Source: a virus (taxonomy: Duplodnaviria; Caudoviricetes). Taken from it: a stretch of 63,920 bases of DNA. Under the pieces are notes generated by a model. It searched no databases. It was not told where the DNA came from and saw only the letters and a program-made list of their open reading frames with translations. The first letter of the stretch is position 1. Every line of letters starts with the position of its first letter. The position numbers and the translations under genes were made by a program. Below are positions 31,486-41,576 of the stretch, piece by piece. The stretch is from positions 1-63,920 of IMG/VR virus record IMGVR_UViG_3300044464_000029, one strand, 5' to 3'.

Positions 31486-32096
31486 ATGCCTAGTGCAGTA
31501 GTTACAGATAACGTTAGTGACAAAATGCCGTTGAAGTCATTACCACCAGACGGTTTCGTTATCGTGCGCAGAATGAACTATGGAGAAGAACTATCTCGCA
31601 GTTCAAAAGCTACTAAACTTCTAGTTGGTGGTGGAGACAACAAGAACAACAAAGATAATTTCCAAGGTGAAGTTGACATCCAGACTGAAGCCATTGCTCT
31701 GTGGGACTTTGCTAACTTGGTTGTTGATCACAACTGTGAAGATGCTGATGGACGCAAGTTGAATTTCAAAAATATTGCAGATGTAAAGAGACTAGATTCC
31801 AGAGTTGGAAAAGAAATTGGCCAAATCATTGATGACTTCAACAACGTGGAAGATTCCGAAGAAGTAAAAAACTCCTAAGCGAGATCAGGAAGGGGATAAT
31901 AGTTCCGAAAGCTATAATAAAACAAGAAGCAATTAATGTAATAAATTTGGTAAACTGGTGTGAAAAATTTTCAACCATGCCTCGTGCAGGTGGAATTTTA
32001 GATCAAGATAAATTGTTTGTACATGTAATGAATTATGTGTTGTTGTGGAAATCTCAACGAGAAGAGTTAGATAGTAAGAAGTCAGGCAACCACTAG
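31486..32096 (+). CDS. Tail assembly chaperone with programmed -1 frameshift (short form ends 31878)
   Basis: Slippery A AAA AAC at 31866-31872; -1 frame open to TAG 32094-32096 and encodes MPRAGGILDQD; precedes tape measure. Confidence 0.85.
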
Positions 32097-32109
32097 CTAA
32101 GGTAACAAA

Positions 32110-35100
32110 ATGCCATTCAGTGCAACGCGCGATCTTTGGTTGGTTCTCAAGGCCCGTGATGAAGGTGCACGGGCCATGCGAACGTTTGCCAGAGACGTTC
32201 GCATGGTTGGCGATAGTGTAACCCAAGCAAACATGCAAGCGGCTAGATCAGCATTACGAAACCAGCTAGCAATGCAGCGTATGACTGGTGCAACACAGGC
32301 TGATCAAATTGCTACTATGAAGCGCATTCAAACCATTGATCAACAGATCAATCAATCTAAGATTCATCGTGCTTCTCTGGAAGAAACCAGAATAAGTGCA
32401 CAGAAGCTTAGTAGTGCTATGAGTGGTGCAGCAGCCACCATGACCGCAGTTGGTACCGGTATGGTGGCTGCTGGAGTGCTCGGTGTAGCAGGCATAAAGA
32501 GTCTTGTAGATAGTGCAATTGACTATCAGAAGCAAGCCAGTCTGACTCGTACTCAGGTTGATAAATTCGCAGCATCTTTGAAGGATATCGAAGATATTGG
32601 TCTAAGAGTAGCGAATAAAATTGGTGTGCCGTTTGCCCAGATTCAACCAGCGTTGTTCGATATCTTCTCATCTTTGGAAATTGGCACCAAAGATGCAGAA
32701 AGATTATTGGAAATTTTTGCTAAGGCTGCTGTTGCTGGACAAACAGATATTCAATCAGCATCTCGTGCTACTATTGGTATATTGAACGCTTTCCAACTGC
32801 CTCTGACTTCTGTAAATCACTTAATGGATTTGCAGTTCCAGTTGGTTCAGGAAGGTGTTGGTACATATGAGGAATGGACCCAAAGAATCGGTCTAGTATC
32901 ACCGTCAGCGGTTCGTGCTGGACAGTCTGTCGAGACAATGTTGGCAGCACTAGCAGCAACTACCCGTCAGGGTATTTCAGCCGCTAGGTCTGGTACTGCG
33001 GTAGCTCGTGCTTTCGATGCTATGTCCAATCCCAATGCTGTTGAAGCTATGAAAGCAATGGGTGTTAATGCACTTGATGCTTCAGGTAAGTTCCGTCCAA
33101 TCATTGATGTTCTAGGTGAATTCCGTACACAGATAACTAAGCTACCACAATCAGAACGAATTGCTAAAATTCTTGAAGTCTTCAAGGGTGCCGGTGGAAC
33201 TATTGAAGCACGAAGATTCCTTCAGAACATGCTTCTTACGCCTGGAAACCTTGAACAGTTCAAGTCTATTTTCGAAGAAATGAGCAATGAGTCAGGTTCA
33301 TTCGAAAAAGCTTATTCTATTATGGCTGAATCAGCTGCAACTAAATCTGAATTATTATCTAACAAGTGGGAAACACTTAAGGTCAAAGCTGGCGAAGCAC
33401 TTATACCAACGTTCTTGAAGGTAGTTGGCGCACTAGGATCCTTGTTTGACTGGTTTAACAAACTAGATCCAAGCACTCAGAGTATGATTGCTACCAGCAC
33501 TGCATTATTCTTAGCATTAACAGGTGTTGGTGGTATTCTATTGATATTGGTAGGAACGCTCGCCGCATTTATTGCTGCGGTGGTTGTAGCAGGATCATCA
33601 TTGTTTGTTGTTCTTGGTATACTATCAGCAGTAGGTATAGCTGTTGTTGCTTTTGGTGTTGGTTTAGCAATAGCTTGGAAGAATAGTGCCAACTTCCGAG
33701 GTATAATCCAAGACCTTGGCAAGAAGATGGAAGATTTCTACAAGAATTACATAGTGCCAACAGGGCTTGCTATTAAAGAAGCTTGGGAAAAGAACATGCA
33801 GCCAGCGCTCTCAGCGCTTGCTGATATAATTGAACACAAGATCTTACCTGTGGTGCGTGACTTCAACAATTTCTTGGCTAGTGAACTATTTAAGTCAGCA
33901 ATGGAAGTTGGCAACAATATTAAGGACTTCCTAGTATTTGCATTTGAAAAGCTTGGCTCAATTATTAACACAATGATTATACCAGTCATTCAAAAACTAA
34001 CTCAATACTACCATGACCATGAAGAAACCATTAAGCAAGTTGCAACATGGATGATTTTCCTTGGAAAGTGGATCGCAAAGATAGCTTTGATATTCGGAGC
34101 CATTCTTGCTGTAGTACTAATTGGACCAGTAGTGGCAGCCTTTGTGGCTGTTATCGCTGTTATTGGTGCTGTGATTGGTATCATTGTATTCTTGGTAGAA
34201 GCTGTAAAAGCAATAATACATTGGTTCGGCACTGAAGTTCCAAAGGCTTGGGGTGCTCTAGTAGATGCAGCAAAGGCTACTTGGAATGCTATAGCAAGTT
34301 TCTTCGTTGAATTATGGAATAACATTGCTAGCTTCTTTGTAGGCGTTTGGAATAACATCGTTGGAATCTTCAATACAGTTATGGGAGTACTTGCCGCTGC
34401 CTGGAACACTTTCTGGAATAGTTCCATTGGTGGTTTGATTAAAGCAGTCCTAGGTGCTATATGGGCATTCATAAAATTGATCTTTGTAAGCATTCAATTT
34501 ACAATTCTAGTTGTACTTAAAGCTATTGAAGACGCTTGGAATTTCACTTGGAATGCAATGAAGAATGGTGCCATGATTATCTGGAACTTCATCTTCCCAT
34601 TCCTAAAGGATACTTGGGAAAAAATATCTGGCGGAGCTAAATTAATTTGGCAATCAATTTCAGATTTTTGGAATTTCATTTGGACTGGTGTTAAAAACGC
34701 AGCAACTGTAATTTGGAATGCTACCGTTGGATTTATAATTGGAAAATGGAATGAGATCAAAGCGGCTGCTTCTGCAATCTGGAATGCTGTTCATGCTGGT
34801 ATAGTTGGTCCAGTAGATAAATCAAATGATAAAATCGTTAGTGTATGGAATAGCATAAAAGAGTTCTTCTCTAACACTGGTAGTTGGCTCTTCAACGCTG
34901 GTAAGAATTTGATTCAAGGTCTTATTGATGGTATCACAAGCATGGTTAACAAAGTAACGGACAAGATTAACGAGATAACTCAAAAAATCAAAGATCACTT
35001 CCCACACTCACCAGCGAAGATTGGTCCATTGTCTGGTAAGGGTGGTATGTATTTTGCTGGACAAAATATTACCAAGCAGCTTTATCAAGGTATGCAAAGT

Positions 35101-35286
35101 AACATGAGTTTAGTAGCAAATGCATCTAGCTTAATTGCATCAGCAGTTGGTCCGACTACCCCTGGTGTAAATGGTTCTACGGCTACTGGACGAACATATA
35201 ACCAGCAAATTACAATCAATACGCAAGAAATTAATCCACGACGTCAAGCCGCTGAACTTGGTTGGCTTCTACAAGGGAGGGCCTAG
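32110..35286 (+). CDS. Tape measure protein
   Basis: 1058 aa; TP901-type core, Trp-spaced repeats, hydrophobic segments, PHSPAKIGPLSG. Confidence 0.92.
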   Translation: MPFSATRDLWLVLKARDEGARAMRTFARDVRMVGDSVTQANMQAARSALRNQLAMQRMTGATQADQIATMKRIQTIDQQINQSKIHRASLEETRISAQKLSSAMSGAAATMTAVGTGMVAAGVLGVAGIKSLVDSAIDYQKQASLTRTQVDKFAASLKDIEDIGLRVANKIGVPFAQIQPALFDIFSSLEIGTKDAERLLEIFAKAAVAGQTDIQSASRATIGILNAFQLPLTSVNHLMDLQFQLVQEGVGTYEEWTQRIGLVSPSAVRAGQSVETMLAALAATTRQGISAARSGTAVARAFDAMSNPNAVEAMKAMGVNALDASGKFRPIIDVLGEFRTQITKLPQSERIAKILEVFKGAGGTIEARRFLQNMLLTPGNLEQFKSIFEEMSNESGSFEKAYSIMAESAATKSELLSNKWETLKVKAGEALIPTFLKVVGALGSLFDWFNKLDPSTQSMIATSTALFLALTGVGGILLILVGTLAAFIAAVVVAGSSLFVVLGILSAVGIAVVAFGVGLAIAWKNSANFRGIIQDLGKKMEDFYKNYIVPTGLAIKEAWEKNMQPALSALADIIEHKILPVVRDFNNFLASELFKSAMEVGNNIKDFLVFAFEKLGSIINTMIIPVIQKLTQYYHDHEETIKQVATWMIFLGKWIAKIALIFGAILAVVLIGPVVAAFVAVIAVIGAVIGIIVFLVEAVKAIIHWFGTEVPKAWGALVDAAKATWNAIASFFVELWNNIASFFVGVWNNIVGIFNTVMGVLAAAWNTFWNSSIGGLIKAVLGAIWAFIKLIFVSIQFTILVVLKAIEDAWNFTWNAMKNGAMIIWNFIFPFLKDTWEKISGGAKLIWQSISDFWNFIWTGVKNAATVIWNATVGFIIGKWNEIKAAASAIWNAVHAGIVGPVDKSNDKIVSVWNSIKEFFSNTGSWLFNAGKNLIQGLIDGITSMVNKVTDKINEITQKIKDHFPHSPAKIGPLSGKGGMYFAGQNITKQLYQGMQSNMSLVANASSLIASAVGPTTPGVNGSTATGRTYNQQITINTQEINPRRQAAELGWLLQGRA

Positions 35287-36149
35287 TGACTATTGGGCTT
35301 TCTGACTATCAATTTCAATTGAATGATACAGGCGTCTTGCTCAATGGTAACGATTCAGCAACTCCATTTGTAGATGTTGAACGAGTGGCCGGGTTAGATT
35401 CACCGCCGTTTCGTGAGACGGTTCGAGATCATGAAGGCGTAGATGGTGGTTTCATTGATGCAGAATTTGAAAAAGGTAGAGAAATAGTTATAGAAGGTAC
35501 AGCATATTGTGATATAAGTAGTGTTGAACCTTTCATTGATGATCTAAAAGCAAATTATGCTCCAGTAACCACACCTATACCACTCTATTTCAAATCTTCT
35601 GGAGTTGATGAACGAGTCATTTTTGTTAAACCAAGAGGTGCTAGGTTTGACTGGGAAACAATGCGTCGACTTGGTATGACTGCAATTCAATTCTTAATGT
35701 ACGCCGAAGATCCTCGAATTTATACAAATTCACTAAGTTCAACAACAATTAATTATGGTGGAGATACTGGAATAGGTTTTGCTTTCAGTGTTGCTTTTAG
35801 CCTCGATTTTGGTGGTGGAGCAACACCTGGTGGTGCCAATGTTACCAATGATGGAAATAGACCAAGTCCTTGTGTTCTAACCATCACTGGTCCGGTTATA
35901 AATCCAGTAATTTACAACAACACCACAGGTAACGTTATCAGATTTACAATTGAACTTGCTGCCATGGATACACTCACCATAGATACTGGTAATAGAACGG
36001 TGTATCTTAATGGTAGTATAAATAGACGCAACACAATGACCAATCCAGATTGGTTCTTCATCATTCCTGGTGTTAATCAAATCTTGTATGGTGGACTAAC
36101 TGGTACTGGTAGTACGCTAAATGTCGCATTCAGATCTGCTTGGCGTTAG
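35286..36149 (+). CDS. Distal tail (Dit) protein
   Basis: Follows tape measure; AEDPRIY, ITGPVINP and C-terminal FRSAWR. Confidence 0.8.
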   Translation: MTIGLSDYQFQLNDTGVLLNGNDSATPFVDVERVAGLDSPPFRETVRDHEGVDGGFIDAEFEKGREIVIEGTAYCDISSVEPFIDDLKANYAPVTTPIPLYFKSSGVDERVIFVKPRGARFDWETMRRLGMTAIQFLMYAEDPRIYTNSLSSTTINYGGDTGIGFAFSVAFSLDFGGGATPGGANVTNDGNRPSPCVLTITGPVINPVIYNNTTGNVIRFTIELAAMDTLTIDTGNRTVYLNGSINRRNTMTNPDWFFIIPGVNQILYGGLTGTGSTLNVAFRSAWR

Positions 36150-36158
36150 GAGAATAAA

Positions 36159-37211
36159 GTGACAGTTGCAAACCCTCCTGGCTTCTTGCAGAATGCCGGA
36201 GCTACACATACTGCTGAACAGTTTCGCAACTGGACCAGTATGGAATATGCAGGTAAGAATGGTGCTACATCATTAATTACTCGTGGTGGGGTAAATCCTA
36301 ATCTTGGAAATCAACTTAGTGTAACACAAACAGGTTCACCGTCTATGGCAGTTATAGTTAAAAATGGTCATGCTGTTATTCCAGGCACAGAAGGTTCCAA
36401 GCAAGGTGGATATTCTGTATTCAATGATGCTGATGTCACACTAAGCATTGGTGCGGCACATGCTTCTTTGAACCGTATTGATAGTATTGTTTTCAAAGTT
36501 GAAGACTCTGCTTATTCTGGTGCCAACAACACAAGCTCGTTGGTCGTTGTAGCTGGCACACCAGCATCATCACCAGCCGCACCTACCTTACCAGCTAATT
36601 CAATAGAGCTTGCTAGAGTTTCTATTCTTGCTAACGACACTTCAATAACAACTGGTGAAATCACAGATCGGCGATTCTTCCTCTGTGGGCTCGGTGGCAT
36701 TATTATCGCTACCAGCTCAACAAGACCCGCTGGTACCACCGTTGCTGAAGGTCAAACAATCTACGAAACTGATACTGATTCCATTTATTCTTATGACGGC
36801 GCAACTTGGAATCTTGTTTGGATTCTTGGTGCTTGGACTACTTATGCTACGACATGGACGTCTACTGGTACTGCTCCTGCTATCGGCAATGGAACACTAG
36901 TTTCCAAATATCGTCAAATAGGTAAAACCGTACATGTACGAATTACAATAACGATGGGTTCCACAACTACTTATGGTGGAGCTAACTTCTGGACACTTTC
37001 GCTACCTGTTACTGCTGTAGCAGATAAGCAATGTGGAGTTGCTGTGTACGAGGATATAGGCATTCTCGATAGGTGCGGTGCTGTATACACCTTCTCGACG
37101 ACTCAACTGGCAATGGTGACCTCGGCCGGTGGTGTTGTAACTAGTACGACGCCGCACACCTGGGGCAACACAGATGTACTTATAGTGAATATAACTTACG
37201 AGGCAGCCTAA
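36159..37211 (+). CDS. Minor tail protein
   Basis: RIDSIV...VVAGTPASSPAAPTLP...ITDRR pattern of actinophage minor tail proteins. Confidence 0.8.
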   Translation: MTVANPPGFLQNAGATHTAEQFRNWTSMEYAGKNGATSLITRGGVNPNLGNQLSVTQTGSPSMAVIVKNGHAVIPGTEGSKQGGYSVFNDADVTLSIGAAHASLNRIDSIVFKVEDSAYSGANNTSSLVVVAGTPASSPAAPTLPANSIELARVSILANDTSITTGEITDRRFFLCGLGGIIIATSSTRPAGTTVAEGQTIYETDTDSIYSYDGATWNLVWILGAWTTYATTWTSTGTAPAIGNGTLVSKYRQIGKTVHVRITITMGSTTTYGGANFWTLSLPVTAVADKQCGVAVYEDIGILDRCGAVYTFSTTQLAMVTSAGGVVTSTTPHTWGNTDVLIVNITYEAA

Positions 37212-37212
37212 A

Positions 37213-38349
37213 ATGGTAGAATCATTAGAGCTGTTAAGTATTTTAGATCCAATAGATACACCTCCAATAGAATACAGATACATCTATGGTAGCATGCTGA
37301 CAGAAGAAGTTATCGAAGAGATTCCAACTTATGGCGTTTTCATGGATATGGAAATGAATAAGGGTGGACAATTCCAAGGTACATATCAACTAGATCAAAC
37401 TGGAAAAAGCAATGAGAGCTTAGTTGCTGCTAGTATTCCAGGTAGAACTTGGGTTGCGGTAGAACGCAATGGAGTTTGCATTTGGCATGGTTATATTTGG
37501 AGTAGAGTATACTCTGCACAGTCAAAATCACTACAGCTATATGCGCTTTCGTTTGAAAATGTTCCTTCAAAAAGATTAATTCGATATGATTTGAATTACA
37601 CTGCAATCGAGCAACGAAACATATTTAGAGATTTATGGACAAATATGCAAACTGGCACTAACTGCAATGTTAACGTAAACGTACCAACAGCTTTTAGCGA
37701 TGTTGTTTTGAAAGATTTAACTGGATTTGCTACTGACTTCAAATATTATGATGAAGCAATGACACAAATTGCTGATTCTGTAGATGGTTTTGATTGGTTT
37801 GTTTCTGTTACTAAAGATGGTACTAACTATCGAAAAGATTTGAACATAGGATATCCAACTCTTGGTATCAATCAAGCAAACAGCACAATAGTATTTGAGT
37901 ATCCTGGTAACATAATTCAATATTATCTAACCGAAAGCATAATCGACGCTGGCACAAATGTATTTGTTATTGGTGGCGGTGAAGGTTCTAACATGATCAC
38001 TGCGGAAGTTGTTGATCCAGACATATTTAGTCAAGGTTGGCCAAGGTGGGATGTAGACATCACAAGGAAAGATGTTAGTTCATCTGATGATATCACTGCA
38101 TTAGCAAATCAAATGTCACAAATTAGAAAACCTCCAATGAGTGTGATAAAAGTTACGATCAAAGCTAACCTAGCACCAGAATTTGGTAGTTACAGTTTGG
38201 GAGATACTTGCCAAATTGTCATCAAGGATCCACGTAATCCAACGATATTTAGTCAGTACAAAAGAATTCTAAAATGGGAATTGCATCCAGCATCTTCAGA
38301 TTCTGTTGAAGAAGTTAATCTAATATTCGAAGGTGATCCAGATGTTTAG
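37213..38349 (+). CDS. Minor tail / baseplate hub protein (ReqiPepy6 Gp37-like)
   Basis: ERNGVCIWHGYIW, FEYPGNI and GGGEG motifs; synteny. Confidence 0.75.
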   Translation: MVESLELLSILDPIDTPPIEYRYIYGSMLTEEVIEEIPTYGVFMDMEMNKGGQFQGTYQLDQTGKSNESLVAASIPGRTWVAVERNGVCIWHGYIWSRVYSAQSKSLQLYALSFENVPSKRLIRYDLNYTAIEQRNIFRDLWTNMQTGTNCNVNVNVPTAFSDVVLKDLTGFATDFKYYDEAMTQIADSVDGFDWFVSVTKDGTNYRKDLNIGYPTLGINQANSTIVFEYPGNIIQYYLTESIIDAGTNVFVIGGGEGSNMITAEVVDPDIFSQGWPRWDVDITRKDVSSSDDITALANQMSQIRKPPMSVIKVTIKANLAPEFGSYSLGDTCQIVIKDPRNPTIFSQYKRILKWELHPASSDSVEEVNLIFEGDPDV

Positions 38350-38354
38350 GAGTT

Positions 38355-39074
38355 ATGATGGCTGACACAGGTAGATATCGCACTGAACCTGAAGATCTTC
38401 TTACTAAAATACGTAACTTGGAAAAGCGAATATCCAAGCTAGAACGCAGCCCACAGCTACCATCATCGGCTATTGATTCACAAGGAATTGATATTTTCGA
38501 TGGTGCTATTCGGGCACGTGATGCTAGTGGAACAATTGTAGCACAATTTGGAAAGCAAGACGATAGTACCTATGGTGTAACAGTACTTGAAAATGGCGAA
38601 ATGGTTCCACCAGCAGCACTGCTGAATCATTATGTTTATGCAGATACTGTATCAGTACAGGAAACCTATACTTCAACTAGCTTTGGTGATTTAGCTACCT
38701 TTGGTCCACAAGTTACTGTACCAGTTAGATCAACTGGTAGAATCTTGGTTATCTGTACAGCACAAATGCAGTGGGTCTCTACTGCATTTGGAATTTCAAT
38801 TGCGGGTGGTGGTTGGACCACGATACAGATGGATGGTCCAGCAAACTTTATGACTACAGCAACAGCATCAGTAGTATTACTTCCGTCATTCAACGCAACA
38901 CATACTGTTACTGCTGGTACAATTGCCGATGCTAACCAAGTTACCACTACTGCGGCAGAAGTTTTTGATGGATTGAATCCTGGTGAAACAATCATCACTA
39001 TGAAATATCGTAACCAAATTGGTGGTCAGAACATTGACTATGGACGACGCACGTTAGTAGTCATTACTTTGTAA
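38355..39074 (+). CDS. Minor tail protein
   Basis: N-terminal coiled coil LEKRISKLER followed by beta-rich domain. Confidence 0.7.
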   Translation: MMADTGRYRTEPEDLLTKIRNLEKRISKLERSPQLPSSAIDSQGIDIFDGAIRARDASGTIVAQFGKQDDSTYGVTVLENGEMVPPAALLNHYVYADTVSVQETYTSTSFGDLATFGPQVTVPVRSTGRILVICTAQMQWVSTAFGISIAGGGWTTIQMDGPANFMTTATASVVLLPSFNATHTVTAGTIADANQVTTTAAEVFDGLNPGETIITMKYRNQIGGQNIDYGRRTLVVITL

Positions 39075-39126
39075 TTCATTTGGCATAGTAACATCCAACC
39101 CCATCTAGAAAGTCTGAGGATTATGG

Positions 39127-39786
39127 GTGGACAGATGGGTCAAAAATACTGTCATGCTAGCAGTATTGTTAGTGTGGTTCGTATATATGTTAACGAACTT
39201 GGTAAGAGGTGTCCTGCCTGAACCAGCCCTGTGGGGCGTTCCAGGTGGGATTTGGCTCGCTTTAAATCCTCCATTTATTGGACGCTCCAATAAAACTCAG
39301 GAGATTGAAAAGTGAGCTATGTGACTCAATCCCTCGTATACGTCGTGTTATTTTTAGCGCTTGGTGCGCTAATAGGTTTCATTGGTGTTGTTGCCAAGGA
39401 ATCTAAAAGGAGGACAAATGGCGGTAAACGTTAAAAGATGGATAGGCAGCGATATAGTCGAAGTTATTATCAGAATAATTGTCATATTAACAGTATGCGC
39501 TGCACTATTCCTCTTTTTTAGGCAAAACAGTATAGCTACTTGTCAAAGTGCGTATAACCAATCGTATGCAGAATATGCACTCGATGCAAGAAATGTTCGC
39601 GATTCTGACGATAAAGTCAGAGACGAATTATTCAGAACATTATATGCAGCTAGAACTCTTGACAGTGTTGCAGCACAAAAGCAAATAGACGCGGCATTCG
39701 TGAAATATTTTACCACAATCGAATTAACAAATAAACAAAGACAAGAGAATCCTGCACCAGCGTTACCTAATGATTATTGCGGGTGA
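39127..39786 (+). other. Three small membrane-protein genes (39127-39315, about 39312-39434, 39418-39786), possible lysis accessory cluster
   Basis: Each has 1-2 hydrophobic helices; overlapping start/stop codons. Confidence 0.55.
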
Positions 39787-39790
39787 TGAC

Positions 39791-40141
39791 ATGACAGCTA
39801 CTAGACTAGATATCTCAATTGAACAAGGTGCCAAGTTCGAACGTAATATTCTTGTTAAAAACAACAATGGCACTGTTAAAGATCTAACTGGATATTCAGC
39901 TAGAATGCAGATTAGACCAACGTTCGCTTCCGATACAGTTTTATTAGAAGCGACTACCACCAATGGTCTAATAAGCATTAACAGTCCTGGTGGTGTTGTC
40001 ACCATTAGCTTGACGGCTGATGTAACAACAACTTTGGATTGGAGTGTTGCTGTATACGATCTAGAAATATACAGCAGTGTAACGGAAGTAATTCGCATTC
40101 TAGAAGGTAGTGCTTCTCTCAGTTTGGAAGTGACTCGATGA
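39791..40141 (+). CDS. Virion Ig-like (BppU N-terminal-like) protein
   Basis: IEQGAKF...DLTGYSARMQIR...YDLEI pattern. Confidence 0.65.
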   Translation: MTATRLDISIEQGAKFERNILVKNNNGTVKDLTGYSARMQIRPTFASDTVLLEATTTNGLISINSPGGVVTISLTADVTTTLDWSVAVYDLEIYSSVTEVIRILEGSASLSLEVTR

Positions 40142-40998
40142 ATGGTTTATTCGAAAAAGGACGTGAAGGATTCCTCGATGGCAGCATCGATTGGGATACT
40201 GACACGATCAAGGCAGCCCTGCTTGACCTTGGTACCGCTGATACTGGTATCAAGGCAATTGTAAGCTCGACAAATGCTACTCCAATTGTAGTAACAGTGA
40301 CATCACATGGATTTACTAACGGTGACTTTGTATTCATTGATGGGCATACAACCAACACTGCTGCCAATGGTTATTGGAAGGTTGCTAATCAAGCTACCAA
40401 CACAATTGAATTAACTCGCCCGGATGGTACAAACTCTGTGGGGAATGGTGTCGGTGGTGCTACTGGCTACGCCGTCAACTATGGTCCTAGTACTTCTGGC
40501 GACAACTATGATGACTTCAATGGTGCTGTAGTTGGTACCGATCAAACTCTTGGCACAAAAACAGTAGTTGCAGGTGTAGCTGACGCTGCCGATGCTACTT
40601 TCACATCAGTTACTGGTAACTCAGTTGAAGCAGTACTACTCTACAAAGACACTGGTACACCATCGACATCAAGAGTAATTGGTCTTATTACAGGTAAGCA
40701 GATTGTTACTTGTGCAGTACAGGCTGCATCATCTTCTACTTCTATTGTAGTTGATGCACTGACGTATGCAATTCCTTCCGGAACTGTATTAGCATTTAGC
40801 AATGGTGCTTCTGCAACACTATCTTCACTTGCTACGGCTGGAGATCGTTCCATTGCAGTCTCTTCTACTGCTGCAACGATTACGGCAAACTCACGTGCTC
40901 TTGCACCTATTACAGGTTCTGGACTTCCTGTAACTCCTAATGGTGGTAACATCGTGGTTACGTGGGATAACGGGGCAAATAAGATATTCAAACTGTAA
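40138..40998 (+). CDS. Tail-associated structural protein
   Basis: IDWDTDTIKAAL...LPVTPNGGNIVVTW...IFKL pattern with inserted beta modules. Confidence 0.7.
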   Translation: MNGLFEKGREGFLDGSIDWDTDTIKAALLDLGTADTGIKAIVSSTNATPIVVTVTSHGFTNGDFVFIDGHTTNTAANGYWKVANQATNTIELTRPDGTNSVGNGVGGATGYAVNYGPSTSGDNYDDFNGAVVGTDQTLGTKTVVAGVADAADATFTSVTGNSVEAVLLYKDTGTPSTSRVIGLITGKQIVTCAVQAASSSTSIVVDALTYAIPSGTVLAFSNGASATLSSLATAGDRSIAVSSTAATITANSRALAPITGSGLPVTPNGGNIVVTWDNGANKIFKL

Positions 40999-41017
40999 AG
41001 ATAAAATATAAAAGAAT

Positions 41018-41527
41018 TTGCTGATCAAGATGATATCAAATGATTTCAAAATTGGATGGATTGTAGGAATAATAGAAGGAGAAGGATGGATAGGCAGTGA
41101 CAAAGATGGTAGACCTAAAGTTCAAGTTGCAATGACTGATAGAGATACAATATACAAATTACTGGAGTGGGCAGAAACTGGAATAGTATCAGAGTCAGAT
41201 TGTGGAACTATTACTGGTAAAAGAATTTGGAAATGGGCAATCTATGCTAGAGAAGATGCAGGAAAATTTATTGAGAAAATATTACCTTATCTAGGTACAC
41301 GTAGGAGCGAAAGAGCTATAGAAGTTTTAAACAAATGGAAACTCTTAAAACCAAAACATGGTACCTCAACAACATGTAAACGTGGTCATGAATTGTCTGG
41401 AGAAAACTTATATATTGATGTTAGCCAAGAAAAATATCCTAGACGGCGTTGTAAGAAATGTATGGCCATAAGAGTCAATCAGTACAAGGAAAGATGGAAG
41501 GAGAGGTTGCAACATGCTTCGAGGTAA
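41018..41527 (+). mobile_element. Free-standing LAGLIDADG-type endonuclease with C-terminal Cys/His domain
   Basis: WIVGIIEGEGWI motif; VAMTD; ILPYL; CKRGH...RCKKC; AT-rich; flanked by duplicated target-gene end. Confidence 0.8.
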
Positions 41528-41576
41528 CGGAGCGAACAAAATTTTCAAACTCTAGTGAAAATGGTGAGGTGCTACC

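Noticed and set aside
40999-41525. Group I intron around the LAGLIDADG gene
   Set aside because: The ORF fills almost the whole insert, leaving no room for a ribozyme core; junctions do not fit the 5' U / terminal G rule; the upstream gene already has a complete C-terminus.
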